DNA from: Candidatus Saccharimonadota bacterium
Lineage (GTDB): Bacteria > Pseudomonadota > Gammaproteobacteria > Enterobacterales > Enterobacteriaceae
Length of the DNA stretch: 32,000 nt
Direction of reading: 5' to 3'
Assembly (NCBI RefSeq): GCF_000973505.1
Contig: NZ_CP010048.1
Coordinates: forward strand, 1 to 32,000
The stretch's first letter is position 1. Each line of letters starts with the position of its first letter. This document shows positions 1 through 13,664 of this stretch, one piece after another. Under the pieces are notes generated by a model, which was not told where the DNA came from, made no database searches, and saw only the letters and a list, made by a program, of their open reading frames with translations. The translations under genes and the position numbers were made by a program.

Positions 1-1914
1 ATGACACCACTATCACTACCCCTACCAAAAATTAATTTCGAAGTTATTATCATCGGCGGCGGACATGCTGGTATTGAAGCTGCATGGACCACATCAAAAA
101 AAAAATGCAAAACATTACTATTAACCCACAACATAAAAACAATAGGAGAAATGTTCTGTAACCCATCAATCGGCGGAATAGGAAAAAGTCATCTAGTAAA
201 AGAAATTGATGCAATGGGAGGACTAATGGGACATGCTGCCGATTATTCAGGCATACAATTCAGAACATTAAACACCAGCAAAGGTCGTGCTGTAAGATCT
301 ACACGAGCACAAATAGACAAAAAATTATATAAAAAATACATCCAACTAAAATTAAAACAACAAAAATACTTAACTATTTTAGAAGCAACAGTAAGTGATT
401 TAATTATTTACAATAATATAATACAAGGAGTAGTACTTACCTTAACTAAAGAAAAAATATTTACAAAAACAGTTATTTTATGTACCGGAACTTTCCTAAA
501 TGGAAAAATCTATATTGGAATGAACGAATATTACAACAAAAAAATAGGAAATTTAAAATTAATAACAACTGCTAAAATATCTCAACAACTACAAGAAATC
601 GGATTTCAAACACGTCGATTAAAAACTGGTACTTCACCCCGTGTTAACAAAAATAGCATCAACTTTTCCTCACTCGTTCCTCAATATAGTGAACAACCTA
701 TACCTTTTTTTTCATTTTTTAATACAATTAATATGCATCCCAAACAAATTCCATGCTATATTACTCACACTAACAAAGAAACACATAAAATCATTTCTAA
801 TAATTTACACCACAGTCCACTTTTTACAAAAAAAATATTAGGTATAGGACCTCGATACTGTCCATCTATTGAAGACAAAATTATACGATTCCCTCATCAT
901 GAATCACATCAAATATTTTTAGAACCTGAAGGATCAAATAGTTCTGAAATTTATTTAAATGGTATTTCTACTAGCTTACCTTTAAACGTACAAATAAAAA
1001 TTCTTCGATCTATAAAGGGATTAGAACATTCAAAAATCACTAAACCAGGATACGCTATTGAATATGATTTTTTTGATCCAACACATTTAAAACTAACTTT
1101 AGAAAGTAAATTAATTCACGGACTATTTTTTGCAGGTCAAATAAATGGAACTACAGGTTATGAAGAAGCAGCTGCACAAGGTTTAATAGCTGGTATAAAT
1201 GCTGCCTTATTTGTCAATAACCATGAATGTTGGTTTCCTAGAAGAAATCAAGCATATATAGGAGTACTTATAGATGATCTATGTACACAAGGAGTAGATG
1301 AACCATATCGAATGTTTACATCTCGTGCTGAACATAGATTATTATTACGAGAAAATAATGCTGATATTCGATTAACAGAAATTGCAAGAAAGTTGTTTTT
1401 AATTGATGATCGTTGTTGGAATATATTTTGCGAAAAACAAAATAATATTAAGAGTGAATACAAAAGATTAAAAAATATATGGATATATCCTTGTGATCAA
1501 TCTAATGTACAATCGAATTTGTTAAGCAAACCTTTACAAAGTAAAATTAGTATTAAAAAATTATTATGTAGACCTGAAATTAATTTTAAAAAATTAATTA
1601 ATTTAGGTTTATTTAAATCTTCGGTTAGTCCTCTTGTTCTTGAAGAAATAGAAACTCAAATTAAATATAAAGGATATATTGATCGTCAAAATAATGAGAT
1701 TGCACGTCAATTACGAAATGAAATGACATATTTGCCAAATGACATTGATTATTCTTGTGTTACTGGTTTATCTACAGAAGTAATTCATAAATTGAATAAT
1801 TATCAACCTACTTCACTTGGGCAAGCTTCAAGAATTTCTGGAATAACTCCATCATCTATTTCTATTTTGTTGATATGGTTAAAAAAACAAGGTTTTATGT
1901 CTTGTTTGGATTAA
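1..1914 (+). CDS. mnmG: tRNA uridine 5-carboxymethylaminomethyl modification enzyme MnmG (GidA)
   Basis: 637-aa ORF colinear with E. coli GidA as I recall it. Motifs: FAD-binding [84 protein letters not shown]. The ATG is base 1 of the window. Confidence 0.97.
   Translation: MTPLSLPLPKINFEVIIIGGGHAGIEAAWTTSKKKCKTLLLTHNIKTIGEMFCNPSIGGIGKSHLVKEIDAMGGLMGHAADYSGIQFRTLNTSKGRAVRSTRAQIDKKLYKKYIQLKLKQQKYLTILEATVSDLIIYNNIIQGVVLTLTKEKIFTKTVILCTGTFLNGKIYIGMNEYYNKKIGNLKLITTAKISQQLQEIGFQTRRLKTGTSPRVNKNSINFSSLVPQYSEQPIPFFSFFNTINMHPKQIPCYITHTNKETHKIISNNLHHSPLFTKKILGIGPRYCPSIEDKIIRFPHHESHQIFLEPEGSNSSEIYLNGISTSLPLNVQIKILRSIKGLEHSKITKPGYAIEYDFFDPTHLKLTLESKLIHGLFFAGQINGTTGYEEAAAQGLIAGINAALFVNNHECWFPRRNQAYIGVLIDDLCTQGVDEPYRMFTSRAEHRLLLRENNADIRLTEIARKLFLIDDRCWNIFCEKQNNIKSEYKRLKNIWIYPCDQSNVQSNLLSKPLQSKISIKKLLCRPEINFKKLINLGLFKSSVSPLVLEEIETQIKYKGYIDRQNNEIARQLRNEMTYLPNDIDYSCVTGLSTEVIHKLNNYQPTSLGQASRISGITPSSISILLIWLKKQGFMSCLD
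900..1200. other. Strand-composition polarity switch on the + strand (C>G, A>>T on the left; G>C, T>A on the right). Candidate leading/lagging switch point, i.e. replication-origin neighbourhood.
   Basis: Hand counts on the + strand. nt 1-900: G107 C171 A381 T241. nt 601-900: G25 C69. nt 901-1200: G43 C43. nt 1201-1500: G53 C34. Downstream the + strand is G/T-rich regardless of gene orientation. Boundaries are approximate. Confidence 0.45.
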
Positions 1915-1993
1915 TGTAAAAAAATTTTACAGTATAGAAAAAATTTTAATTTATTGTTTTATTAAGTTTATTGTTTATTATTTTATTAATTAA

Positions 1994-2860
<867 letters not shown>

Positions 2861-2892
2861 TAAGATGAATATAATTTAGTGTAGATTGGTTT

Positions 2893-3211
<319 letters not shown>

Positions 3212-3315
3212 ATATGAACGAGTAAGATTGATGAAATATATAACTTTGATATATTAATGAATATTTATTGGTTAGCTTTTAGTATTTTGATGATAAAGTA
3301 AATAGGATTGGTGTT

Positions 3316-3822
3316 GTGAATATTAATATTACAATTTTAGGTCAAGCCATATCATTTGTTATATTTGTTTTGTTTTGTATGAAATATGTTTGGGAACCAA
3401 TAATTACTGTTATTGAAAAGCGACAAAAAATGCTTGCTGATATTTTTGCAAATGCGGAGCAATCTAAAAAAAATTCGGAGGTATTACGAATTGAAGCTAA
3501 CAATTGTTTACAACAAGCTAGATGTGAAGCTGAATTAATTATAAAACGTGCGAACGAGTATAGTTTGCAGTTGATTAATCAGGCTAAATTTGATGCAGAG
3601 TCTGAAAAAAATAATATTTTATTCCAATCTCGGCAGATTTTGTCTATTGAAAAAAAGCGTGTTATTGAAGAATTACAGAAAGAAATGGGTCTAATGCTTA
3701 TATCTGCTTTAGAAAAAGTTATGGTATGTTCTATAAATAAAAACATTGATTATAATATTACAAATATAATGCTTAACGATTTGGAACTTAATATTAATAA
3801 TAAAATAAATAAGAATATATAG
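3316..3822 (+). CDS. atpF: F0F1 ATP synthase subunit b
   Basis: GTG start. N-terminus [26 protein letters not shown]....IEKRQK parallels E. coli [28 protein letters not shown]. Position in the operon fits. The C-terminal tail is N/I-rich and diverged. Confidence 0.9.
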   Translation: MNINITILGQAISFVIFVLFCMKYVWEPIITVIEKRQKMLADIFANAEQSKKNSEVLRIEANNCLQQARCEAELIIKRANEYSLQLINQAKFDAESEKNNILFQSRQILSIEKKRVIEELQKEMGLMLISALEKVMVCSINKNIDYNITNIMLNDLELNINNKINKNI

Positions 3823-4368
3823 ATGACTGAATGCTCTTTAACTTTATCGCGTCCATATGCTCAAGCAGCGTTTGATTTTGCGTTTGAGCATAAGACGTTA
3901 GACAAATGGGAATTTATGCTGTTTTCTGCGAAAAGTATTATTCAAGATGTGATGGTTAAAAAAGTGTTATCTAATGTTGATTGTATAGAGCCTTTTAAAT
4001 TATCAGAGATATTAATTTCTATTGGGAGTCATAATTTTAATTGTTTTTTTCAAAATTTTATTCGAGTTATGGCTGAATATAAACGATTATCTTTGTTACC
4101 AGTTGTATTTGAACAATTTCTTTCTTTTCGCCGTGATTGTGAATTAGTTACTGAAATTAAAATAGTTACGGCTAATGTATTAAAAAATGATCAATTATTA
4201 AAAATAATTTCTTTTATGGAGAAAAGATTGTTACGTAAAGTTAATGTTACTATTAATTTGGATTATTCAATTATTGGTGGTTTTGTTATTTATTTTAATG
4301 ATGTTGTAATAGATAGTAGTATAAGAAGTCGTATTGAACGATTGAAAAACGGTATATTGAAGGTTTAA
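3823..4368 (+). CDS. atpH: F0F1 ATP synthase subunit delta
   Basis: The ATG immediately follows the atpF [35 protein letters not shown].EQF and [11 protein letters not shown] parallel E. coli AtpH ([46 protein letters not shown]). Confidence 0.87.
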   Translation: [181 protein letters not shown]

Positions 4369-4386
4369 AATAGGGGTAAAATTAAT

Positions 4387-5928
4387 ATGCAGTTAAGTGC
4401 TGTTGAGATTAGTAAGTTAATTAAACAACGTATTGCAGGGTGCAATCTTGATTATGAGGTACGTAATGAAGGTGTGATTGTTTCGATTAGTGATGGTGTT
4501 CTTCGTATATATGGTCTATCTGATGCAATGCAAGGTGAAGTTATTGAATTACCGGAAAATAAGTTTGCTCTTGTATTGAATTTGGAACGTGATTTTGTAG
4601 GGGCAGTAGTTATGGGATCACATGTTGGTTTGCTTGAGGGTATGTTAGTAAAGTGTACAGGTCATGTTTTGGAAGTACCTATTGGTTTTGGTTTATTAGG
4701 TCGAGTGGTGAACGCGTTAGGGCAGCCTATAGATGGGAAAGGGGAATTGGAAAATGTTGTTTTATCTCCAGTTGAATTGGATGCTCCTGGAATTCTTGAG
4801 AGAGAAGCTATAGATGAGCCTATTCAAACTGGTTATAAATGTATTGATAGTATGGTGCCTATTGGTCGTGGACAGCGTGAATTGATTATTGGAGACAGAC
4901 AAACTGGAAAAACTGCTCTTGTTATTGATACTATTATTAATCAACGCGATAAGCATATTAAATGTATTTATGTTGCTATTGGACAAAAAGCGTCCAATGT
5001 TTCGAACGTTGTAAAAAAATTAGAGGAACATCGTGCCTTATTGAATACTATTGTAGTAGTGGCTTCTTCTTCTGAGCCTGCTGTATTACAATATTTGGCA
5101 CCATACTCTGGTTGTGTAATGGGTGAGTATTTTCGAAATATTGGTGAGGATGCATTAATTGTATATGATGATCTTTCTAAACAAGCGGTGTCGTATCGTC
5201 AAATTTCTTTATTGTTGCGGCGGCCTCCTGGTCGTGAAGCATATCCAGGTGATATATTTTATTTGCATTCTCGGTTGTTAGAAAGAGCTGCTCGTATAAA
5301 TTCAGATTATGTTGAATGTCTTAGTAATGGCAAAGTGAAAGGAAAAAGTGGATCTTTAACTGCTTTGCCAATTGTTGAAACTCAGGCTGGTGATGTGTCT
5401 GCTTTTATTCCTACTAATGTTATTTCTATTACTGATGGTCAAATTTTTTTAGAATCTAGTTTATTTAATGAGGGTATTCGTCCTGCAATGAATCCTGGAA
5501 TTTCGGTATCACGGGTGGGAGGTGCTGCGCAAACTAGTATTATGAAATTTTTGTCTAGTGGTATTCGTACAACATTAGCTCAGTATCGTGAATTAGCTGC
5601 TTTTTCTCAATTTTCATCTGAATTAGATGAAATTACAAACAAACAGTTACAGCATGGTAAGAAAGTTACTGAGTTGTTAAAACAAAATCAATATGCATCA
5701 ATGTCTGTTTCGCAACAATCGATAGTATTGTTTTCGGTTATGTATGGTTATTTAGATGATGTCGAATTTAGAAAAATTGCAAATTTTGAACGTTCTTTAA
5801 TATCATATATGGAGCGTGAAAATAAAAAATTTATGCAGTATATAGATGAGAATGGGTTTTATAATGAGGATGTTAAATTAAAGATTCATGAGATGTTAGA
5901 TTTCTTTAAGCGTACTCAATCTTGGTAG
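4387..5928 (+). CDS. atpA: F0F1 ATP synthase subunit alpha
   Basis: 513-aa ORF with Walker [11 protein letters not shown], plus [47 protein letters not shown] Shine-Dalgarno upstream. Confidence 0.97.
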   Translation: MQLSAVEISKLIKQRIAGCNLDYEVRNEGVIVSISDGVLRIYGLSDAMQGEVIELPENKFALVLNLERDFVGAVVMGSHVGLLEGMLVKCTGHVLEVPIGFGLLGRVVNALGQPIDGKGELENVVLSPVELDAPGILEREAIDEPIQTGYKCIDSMVPIGRGQRELIIGDRQTGKTALVIDTIINQRDKHIKCIYVAIGQKASNVSNVVKKLEEHRALLNTIVVVASSSEPAVLQYLAPYSGCVMGEYFRNIGEDALIVYDDLSKQAVSYRQISLLLRRPPGREAYPGDIFYLHSRLLERAARINSDYVECLSNGKVKGKSGSLTALPIVETQAGDVSAFIPTNVISITDGQIFLESSLFNEGIRPAMNPGISVSRVGGAAQTSIMKFLSSGIRTTLAQYRELAAFSQFSSELDEITNKQLQHGKKVTELLKQNQYASMSVSQQSIVLFSVMYGYLDDVEFRKIANFERSLISYMERENKKFMQYIDENGFYNEDVKLKIHEMLDFFKRTQSW

Positions 5929-6029
5929 ATTTTTTAAGAAGCATGGTGTTGTATAATTTTGAATTAATTAAAATTACAGTAATATTTTTGTTTTATGTAT
6001 AATATTTTTGGTGATGGAAGAATATAATA

Positions 6030-8329
<2,300 letters not shown>

Positions 8330-8440
8330 TGATAGAATGTTATAATGGTGTGTCATCTTGTTTGAATTATGGAGGTATGATTTTTAATCATATCATATTA
8401 GTGTAGTGAGTGGTATAATATTTCAGAGGTATGTTATTTG

Positions 8441-8854
8441 ATGAGGTCTTATTATTTAGATATTGTTAGTGTTGAGGAAAAGATATTTTCTGATTTCGTT
8501 AAAAAAATTCAAGTAGTAGGTAGTGAGGGTGAAATGGGCATTTTTCCACGTCATGCCCCGTTACTTGCTTATATCAAACCTGGTATAGTGCATATTTTTA
8601 TGATAAATAATGAGATAAAATATATATATTTATCTGGTGGTATTTTAGAGGTCCAGCCTGATGTGGTGACAATTTTAGCAGATGTGGCAATTCGTGCTGA
8701 AGATCTTGATGAAAATAAGGTTGTGGAGTCCGAACGAAAAGTACAAAAGTCTATTAGTAATTTTTATAATAATGATTTAGGTTATGCTCAGATTGCTGCA
8801 GAGATTTCTAAAGCAATTAGAAAACTTAGAATGCTTGAACGCGTGAAGCGGTAA
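8441..8854 (+). CDS. atpC: F0F1 ATP synthase subunit epsilon
   Basis: The ORF opens at TTG 8438; ATG 8441 is preferred. [39 protein letters not shown] and [23 protein letters not shown] parallel E. coli AtpC. Confidence 0.93.
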   Translation: MRSYYLDIVSVEEKIFSDFVKKIQVVGSEGEMGIFPRHAPLLAYIKPGIVHIFMINNEIKYIYLSGGILEVQPDVVTILADVAIRAEDLDENKVVESERKVQKSISNFYNNDLGYAQIAAEISKAIRKLRMLERVKR

Positions 8855-8944
8855 TTGTCATTATTGTTTTGTATTTTTTTAGCGAAGTTAGTTTAATAGT
8901 TTATAAATATTAATGTTATTGATTATATTAAGAAGTTTTATTGT

Positions 8945-10336
8945 ATGTTGTGTAAAATATTTAGTACAATTATTTTAGCTGCTGGAAAAGGTAGAAGAAT
9001 GTGTTCAAATATACCCAAGGTGTTGCATCGGATTGGTGGAAAATTTGTTCTTCAATATGTTATTGATACTGCTATACGGGTAGGTTCAAAAGATATCTAT
9101 GTAGTATATAGTGATGATTATGGTAAGAATATTTTAAAAGATACTTTGGGTGCACAAAATAATTTTGTTGATTGGGTGTTGCAAAATCCAGTATGTGGTA
9201 CTGGGCATGCAGTAAATCAGGTACTTTCTTTTTTGTCTGATGATATTGATATTTTGATTTTGTATGGTGATGTTCCTTTTGTTTCACCTTATACATTGCG
9301 TAAATTATTTGATGCTAAACCTGTAGGAGGTGTAAGTTTGTTGACTGCGTTTTTGCGAAAAAATAGTGGATATGGTCGAATTATACGACAAAATGGAAAG
9401 GTTAGTAATATTATTGAAGATAGTGATCTTACTGAAGATCAAAAGGATATTCATGAGGTTAATACTGGTGTTATGGTAGTAACTGGTCGAGATTTAAAAC
9501 GTTGGGTAAATTGTATTAAATGTGTTAATGCGAATCGAGAGTTTTATTTAACAGATATTATACATATGGCTTGGTTGGAAGATTGTACAGTAAATACTGT
9601 TTTTCCTAAAGATAATAATGAGGTAAGTGGTGTCAATAATAAATTACAGCTTGTTGAATTAGAAAGGATATATCAAAAGAAACAAGCTGAATTTTTATTA
9701 TCTAATGGTGTGTTTTTATCGGATATTTATCGATTTAGCTTACGGGGTAAATTGTATCATGGTGACGATGTATATATTGATGTGAATGTAGTTATTGAAG
9801 GTACAGTGTGTCTTGGAAATCGTGTGAATATTGGGATAGGTTGTATTTTGAAAAATAGTGTTGTGTATGATGATGTCGTAATTTATCCTTATAGTTTGAT
9901 TGATGGTGTTAAGATTAGTTCTCATAGTATAGTTGGTCCATTTGCTCGATTACGTGCTGGGAGTGAGTTAGGGTCGGAAAGTGTTATTGGGAATTTTGTT
10001 GAATTAAAAAATACTCGACTAGGGGAAAAATCTAAAATTAATCATGTGAGTTATATGGGTGATGCGGATATTGGTAATATGGTCAATATTGGTGCTGGTG
10101 TTATATCATGTAATTATGATGGTTTTGATAAACACAAGACAGTGATTGATGATAATGCTTTTGTTGGTGCGGATAGTCAATTGGTAGCTCCTGTTACAAT
10201 TGGAGCAGGAGCTAAAATTGGTGCTGGCACTACTGTGACTCGTGATGTTTTACCGGATGAAATGATAATTAGCCGAGTTCGTCAGTTTCCTATTACTTCT
10301 TGGAAGCGTATTTTGAAAAAGGATAATGGTGATTGA
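8945..10336 (+). CDS. glmU: Bifunctional UDP-N-acetylglucosamine pyrophosphorylase / glucosamine-1-phosphate N-acetyltransferase
   Basis: 463-aa ORF. N-terminal nucleotidyltransferase signature ILAAGKGRRM, GTGHAV, YGDVP. C-terminal left-handed beta-helix hexapeptide repeats (NIGAGVISCNYDG, VGADSQLVAPVTIGAGAKIGAGT). Sits after the atp operon as in E. coli. Confidence 0.93.
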   Translation: MLCKIFSTIILAAGKGRRMCSNIPKVLHRIGGKFVLQYVIDTAIRVGSKDIYVVYSDDYGKNILKDTLGAQNNFVDWVLQNPVCGTGHAVNQVLSFLSDDIDILILYGDVPFVSPYTLRKLFDAKPVGGVSLLTAFLRKNSGYGRIIRQNGKVSNIIEDSDLTEDQKDIHEVNTGVMVVTGRDLKRWVNCIKCVNANREFYLTDIIHMAWLEDCTVNTVFPKDNNEVSGVNNKLQLVELERIYQKKQAEFLLSNGVFLSDIYRFSLRGKLYHGDDVYIDVNVVIEGTVCLGNRVNIGIGCILKNSVVYDDVVIYPYSLIDGVKISSHSIVGPFARLRAGSELGSESVIGNFVELKNTRLGEKSKINHVSYMGDADIGNMVNIGAGVISCNYDGFDKHKTVIDDNAFVGADSQLVAPVTIGAGAKIGAGTTVTRDVLPDEMIISRVRQFPITSWKRILKKDNGD

Positions 10337-10364
10337 AAGTATTTGGTGATTAAATTTGTTGTAG

Positions 10365-11822
10365 TTATTTTCCTATGCAAAAAGTAGAGAATATTTTTTT
10401 AAGTAGTTCGTTTGAATTATATTTTCCTGTGATTTTTTTTAATTCTATGTATGCGTATCGTAGTTCTTCTGCTAAGATTTCATCATATTCTTGTTGTGTG
10501 TTATTACTGTAATTTTTTATTATTTTTTTTGCTTTTAGTAGGTGTTGATAGCTTGATTTTAATGCTTCTATATGTCGTTGATGACTTATAAAATGTTTTT
10601 CTTGGTCATTTGTGAATGGTGTTATGTTATTTTCTAGGTGTTTTTTTATTAAATCAATTCCCTTGTTGTATTTTGCAGAAATAGTAATTGTTGTTTGTTG
10701 GTTTGTGTGTGTGATATTTATTTTTTCATTTGTTAAGTCAGCTTTATTTCGTATAATCGTTATGGGTGTTTTGTCATCAATGAGTTGTTGTTTTATTTTT
10801 AATTGTAATTGTAGATGTTCTTGATATGAAGAAGGATTATTACTGTCTATAAGAAGTAGAATATGGTTTGCTTGTTTAATTTCATTCCATGCTCGTTTAA
10901 TTCCAATTTTTTCAATTTCATTTTCTGTTATGTGTTTTTGTGTATTTTGTTGTTTCAGGTTGTTTGTTTCTTGTAGACCTGCAGTGTCTATAATTTGAAT
11001 TAGTATGCCGTTATTAAGTTGTATGTGTTCATGTAATATATCGCGTGTAGTACCGGCGATTGGTGTTACAATAGCTGCTTCTTTTTCTGATAATGTGTTA
11101 AATAAGCTAGATTTTCCAGAGTTTGGTTTACCTGTAATTACTACTTTTATACCCTGTTGTATTAATATGTTATTTTGTGCGTTTTGATATATTTTTTTTA
11201 TTTTATTAATTATATTGTTTGTTTGGTTTTTTATGTTAGTGTAATCAATGATTTTTATTTGTTCATCTGGAAAGTCAATATTTGATTCAATGTACATTCT
11301 TAAATTAGATAGTTGTTGTTCTAATGTGTGTATTTTTTTAGAAAATTTTCCTTGTAGTGTGTTTGATGCTAATTGTGCTGAACGATATGAAGTGGCATTA
11401 ATAAGATCAGCAATAGCTTCTGCTTGAATTAGGTCTATTTTATTATTTATGAACGCACGTTCAGAAAATTCTCCTGGTCGTGCTATTCTGATGTATTCGG
11501 GTGATATATTTAAGATATTTTGTATTATTGTATTTAAAATGATAGGTCCTCCATGTCCATGAATTTCTAGTATATCTTCTCCAGTAAAAGAATTTGGTTT
11601 TGGAAAAAAGAGTGCAATAACGTTGTCTAGTATGTTTTTGTGTTTGTGAGCATATAATGGTAGATGTGTGGCTTGACGTGGATATGGTAATATTTTTAAT
11701 AATTTATGAGATATTTTTGGGACGAGTGTTCCTGATATTCGTATAACACCTATGCTTGATTGTCCCAGAGGAGTAGCAAGTGCAACGATAGTATCTAAAT
11801 AATAATGATGATTAGTAGTCAT
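10365..11822 (-). CDS. mnmE: tRNA modification GTPase MnmE (TrmE/ThdF)
   Basis: 485-aa ORF. DTIVALATP.G.S.IGVIRISG, G1 motif GKPNSGKSSL, G3 DTAG, G4 NKAD, and the C-terminal FCIGK tetrapeptide. Confidence 0.95.
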   Translation of the reverse strand: MTTNHHYYLDTIVALATPLGQSSIGVIRISGTLVPKISHKLLKILPYPRQATHLPLYAHKHKNILDNVIALFFPKPNSFTGEDILEIHGHGGPIILNTIIQNILNISPEYIRIARPGEFSERAFINNKIDLIQAEAIADLINATSYRSAQLASNTLQGKFSKKIHTLEQQLSNLRMYIESNIDFPDEQIKIIDYTNIKNQTNNIINKIKKIYQNAQNNILIQQGIKVVITGKPNSGKSSLFNTLSEKEAAIVTPIAGTTRDILHEHIQLNNGILIQIIDTAGLQETNNLKQQNTQKHITENEIEKIGIKRAWNEIKQANHILLLIDSNNPSSYQEHLQLQLKIKQQLIDDKTPITIIRNKADLTNEKINITHTNQQTTITISAKYNKGIDLIKKHLENNITPFTNDQEKHFISHQRHIEALKSSYQHLLKAKKIIKNYSNNTQQEYDEILAEELRYAYIELKKITGKYNSNELLKKIFSTFCIGK

Positions 11823-11927
11823 TTTTTGAATTTTAATATTAAATATAATCGTTTATGCATTGTTGTTGTGTGATTTAAGATTTGTAAAGTTTCAGTATTA
11901 ATTATTATCATTATTATGTTATGATCA

Positions 11928-13595
11928 TTACTTATTTTTATTATTTATTGTTAGTCCTTTTTTTTCTAATTCATGATAAATAATTTGTTGTTGAACAATG
12001 GTGATAATATTACTGATAATATAGTATAACACTAGTCCAGATGGGAACCATAGAAAAAATATTGTAAAAATTATTAGCATAAATGTCATTATTTTTTTTT
12101 GCATGGGATTAGAAATGCTGGTTGATGGTGATAATCGTTGTATAAGAAACATAGTAATTCCCATAATAATTGGTAAAATATATAAAGGGTCTTGGGATGA
12201 TAAATCATGAATCCATAGTGCGAATTTAGCATGTCGTAGTTCAATAGAACTGGATAACATGTAATATAGAGCTAAGAAAATAGGCATTTGAATTATTAAC
12301 GGTAGACATCCTCCTAATGGGTTTACGTTTTCAGATTTGTATAGTGTCATAATTGCTTGGTGATATTTATATTTATCGTTTTTAAATTGATTGTGTATTT
12401 TTGTTAATTTTGGTTGTAAAAGTCGTATTTTTGCTATAGATATATATTGTGCTTTTGTTAATGGGTATGTAATAAATCGTATAATCAGTGTGATAATAAT
12501 AATAGCAAATCCCCAGTTATGAATATAATGATGAATGAATTGTAGTAATTTAAATAGTGGTTGTGAAATAAACCATAGCCACCCATAATCGATAGTTAAT
12601 TCAAGATTTGGAGCTATAAGGGCCATTTTTTCTTGTATTTTAGGTCCAATCCACAGAATGGTTTTTAGTGTGTGTTTGTTATTTGCTGGAATGTCAATAG
12701 GTGATGTTTTAAAATTTATTGAAATTTTATCATTATTTAAATATTTTGTATAAAAGATGATACTATTATTGGGTATTGTTGGATACCAGGCAGTAATGAA
12801 GTATTGTTCTAATATACTTATCCAACCATTTTGTTCTGTTATAATATGTAGGTTATGATTCTTGATGTCTTTGAATGAGTATTTCTGATATTTTTTGTTT
12901 ACAGTAGAATATGCTGTGTTTCTGTAATTGTATAAAGAGAGAAAATTATTGTTATTTCGTGATTTAGGATAGTGTATGGATTGAATTAAATTGCCAAAAA
13001 GTTCGATGGTTTGTGTTTGTGCGCTTGTATTGTTTATATTATAATGTACATGTACAGAAAAGTCGTTTTTGTTTAAAACGTATGTTTTAGTATATTTAAT
13101 GCCATTATTATTAGTGTAATATAATGGCACATGAATTGTTTTTTGATTATTTTTCAAGATATATCTATTGTTTTGGTTGTTGTTGGTTGTATAAAGCGGT
13201 CTTTGTATTTGAAAAGGTCCGTCGGGAATGTTGGGGTGTATTAAACCGCTTTTTGCTTGATATGTAAATTCTTTTGATGTTTGTAGTAAATGAAAAGGTT
13301 TTTTAGAGTTTAATTTTTCTGAATAATTTAAAAGATAAGCTTCTTCAATATCTCCACCGTAAGTGTTTATTTTTAATAATAATACGTCTGTTTGTATTAT
13401 AATGATTTTATTATTATGTGTATTATTGTTGTTGGTAGTGTTGTATACATGATTTTTGTTTATTGTTAGTTCTTGATAATTGTTTTTATTATCAATATTT
13501 TTTTGTTGAATTTGTTGATCTGTTTGCCATATTTGCCAAATAATTAAAGATACAATTAATAAAGATATGATGAGAAAATCACGTTGTGAATTCAT
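11928..13595 (-). CDS. yidC: Membrane protein insertase YidC
   Basis: 555-aa ORF. Conserved C-terminal core: GFAIIIITLIIRFITYPLTKAQY.S.AK.R.LQPK, NPLGGCLPLIIQMPIFLALYYML, and WFPSGLVLYYIISNIITIVQQ. The periplasmic domain is N-rich. Confidence 0.95.
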   Translation of the reverse strand: MNSQRDFLIISLLIVSLIIWQIWQTDQQIQQKNIDNKNNYQELTINKNHVYNTTNNNNTHNNKIIIIQTDVLLLKINTYGGDIEEAYLLNYSEKLNSKKPFHLLQTSKEFTYQAKSGLIHPNIPDGPFQIQRPLYTTNNNQNNRYILKNNQKTIHVPLYYTNNNGIKYTKTYVLNKNDFSVHVHYNINNTSAQTQTIELFGNLIQSIHYPKSRNNNNFLSLYNYRNTAYSTVNKKYQKYSFKDIKNHNLHIITEQNGWISILEQYFITAWYPTIPNNSIIFYTKYLNNDKISINFKTSPIDIPANNKHTLKTILWIGPKIQEKMALIAPNLELTIDYGWLWFISQPLFKLLQFIHHYIHNWGFAIIIITLIIRFITYPLTKAQYISIAKIRLLQPKLTKIHNQFKNDKYKYHQAIMTLYKSENVNPLGGCLPLIIQMPIFLALYYMLSSSIELRHAKFALWIHDLSSQDPLYILPIIMGITMFLIQRLSPSTSISNPMQKKIMTFMLIIFTIFFLWFPSGLVLYYIISNIITIVQQQIIYHELEKKGLTINNKNK

Positions 13596-13664
13596 TTTAA
13601 ATTTTTCCTATCTTGAATCTTTAATTGATTTTTTGTTGATTCTTTTGTTGAATGAAATATGTTT

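Noticed and set aside
641-841. Short ORFs from the track nested in or antisense to conserved genes: 641-841, 1248-1463, 4762-4986, 9072-9296, 9740-9925, 10612-10824, 11005-11187, 16997-17194, 18541-18753, 19447-19638, 22159-22377, 25072-25278, 26190-26375, 27361-27543, 29355-29606, 29457-29660, 30117-30320, 30372-30566.
   Set aside because: Each lies wholly inside a well-supported conserved CDS in another frame or strand. They have low-complexity, composition-driven sequences and no recognisable motifs or Shine-Dalgarno. ORFs of 60-80 codons are expected by chance.
1915-1931. Hairpin TGTAAAA-AAA-TTTTACA right after the mnmG stop, as a possible terminator.
   Set aside because: The stem is 7 bp with a single G:C pair and is not followed by a U-run. 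Structures like this arise by chance in DNA of about 80% A+T.
8371-8406. GGAGG followed by a 9-codon mini-ORF (ATG 8377, MIFNHIILV-stop) in the enlarged atpD-atpC spacer, which resembles the true atpC initiation region (GAGGTATG..).
   Set aside because: Only 1 nt separates GGAGG from the ATG, too close for efficient initiation. The peptide has no similarity to AtpC. It is probably a decayed duplicate of the initiation region or chance.
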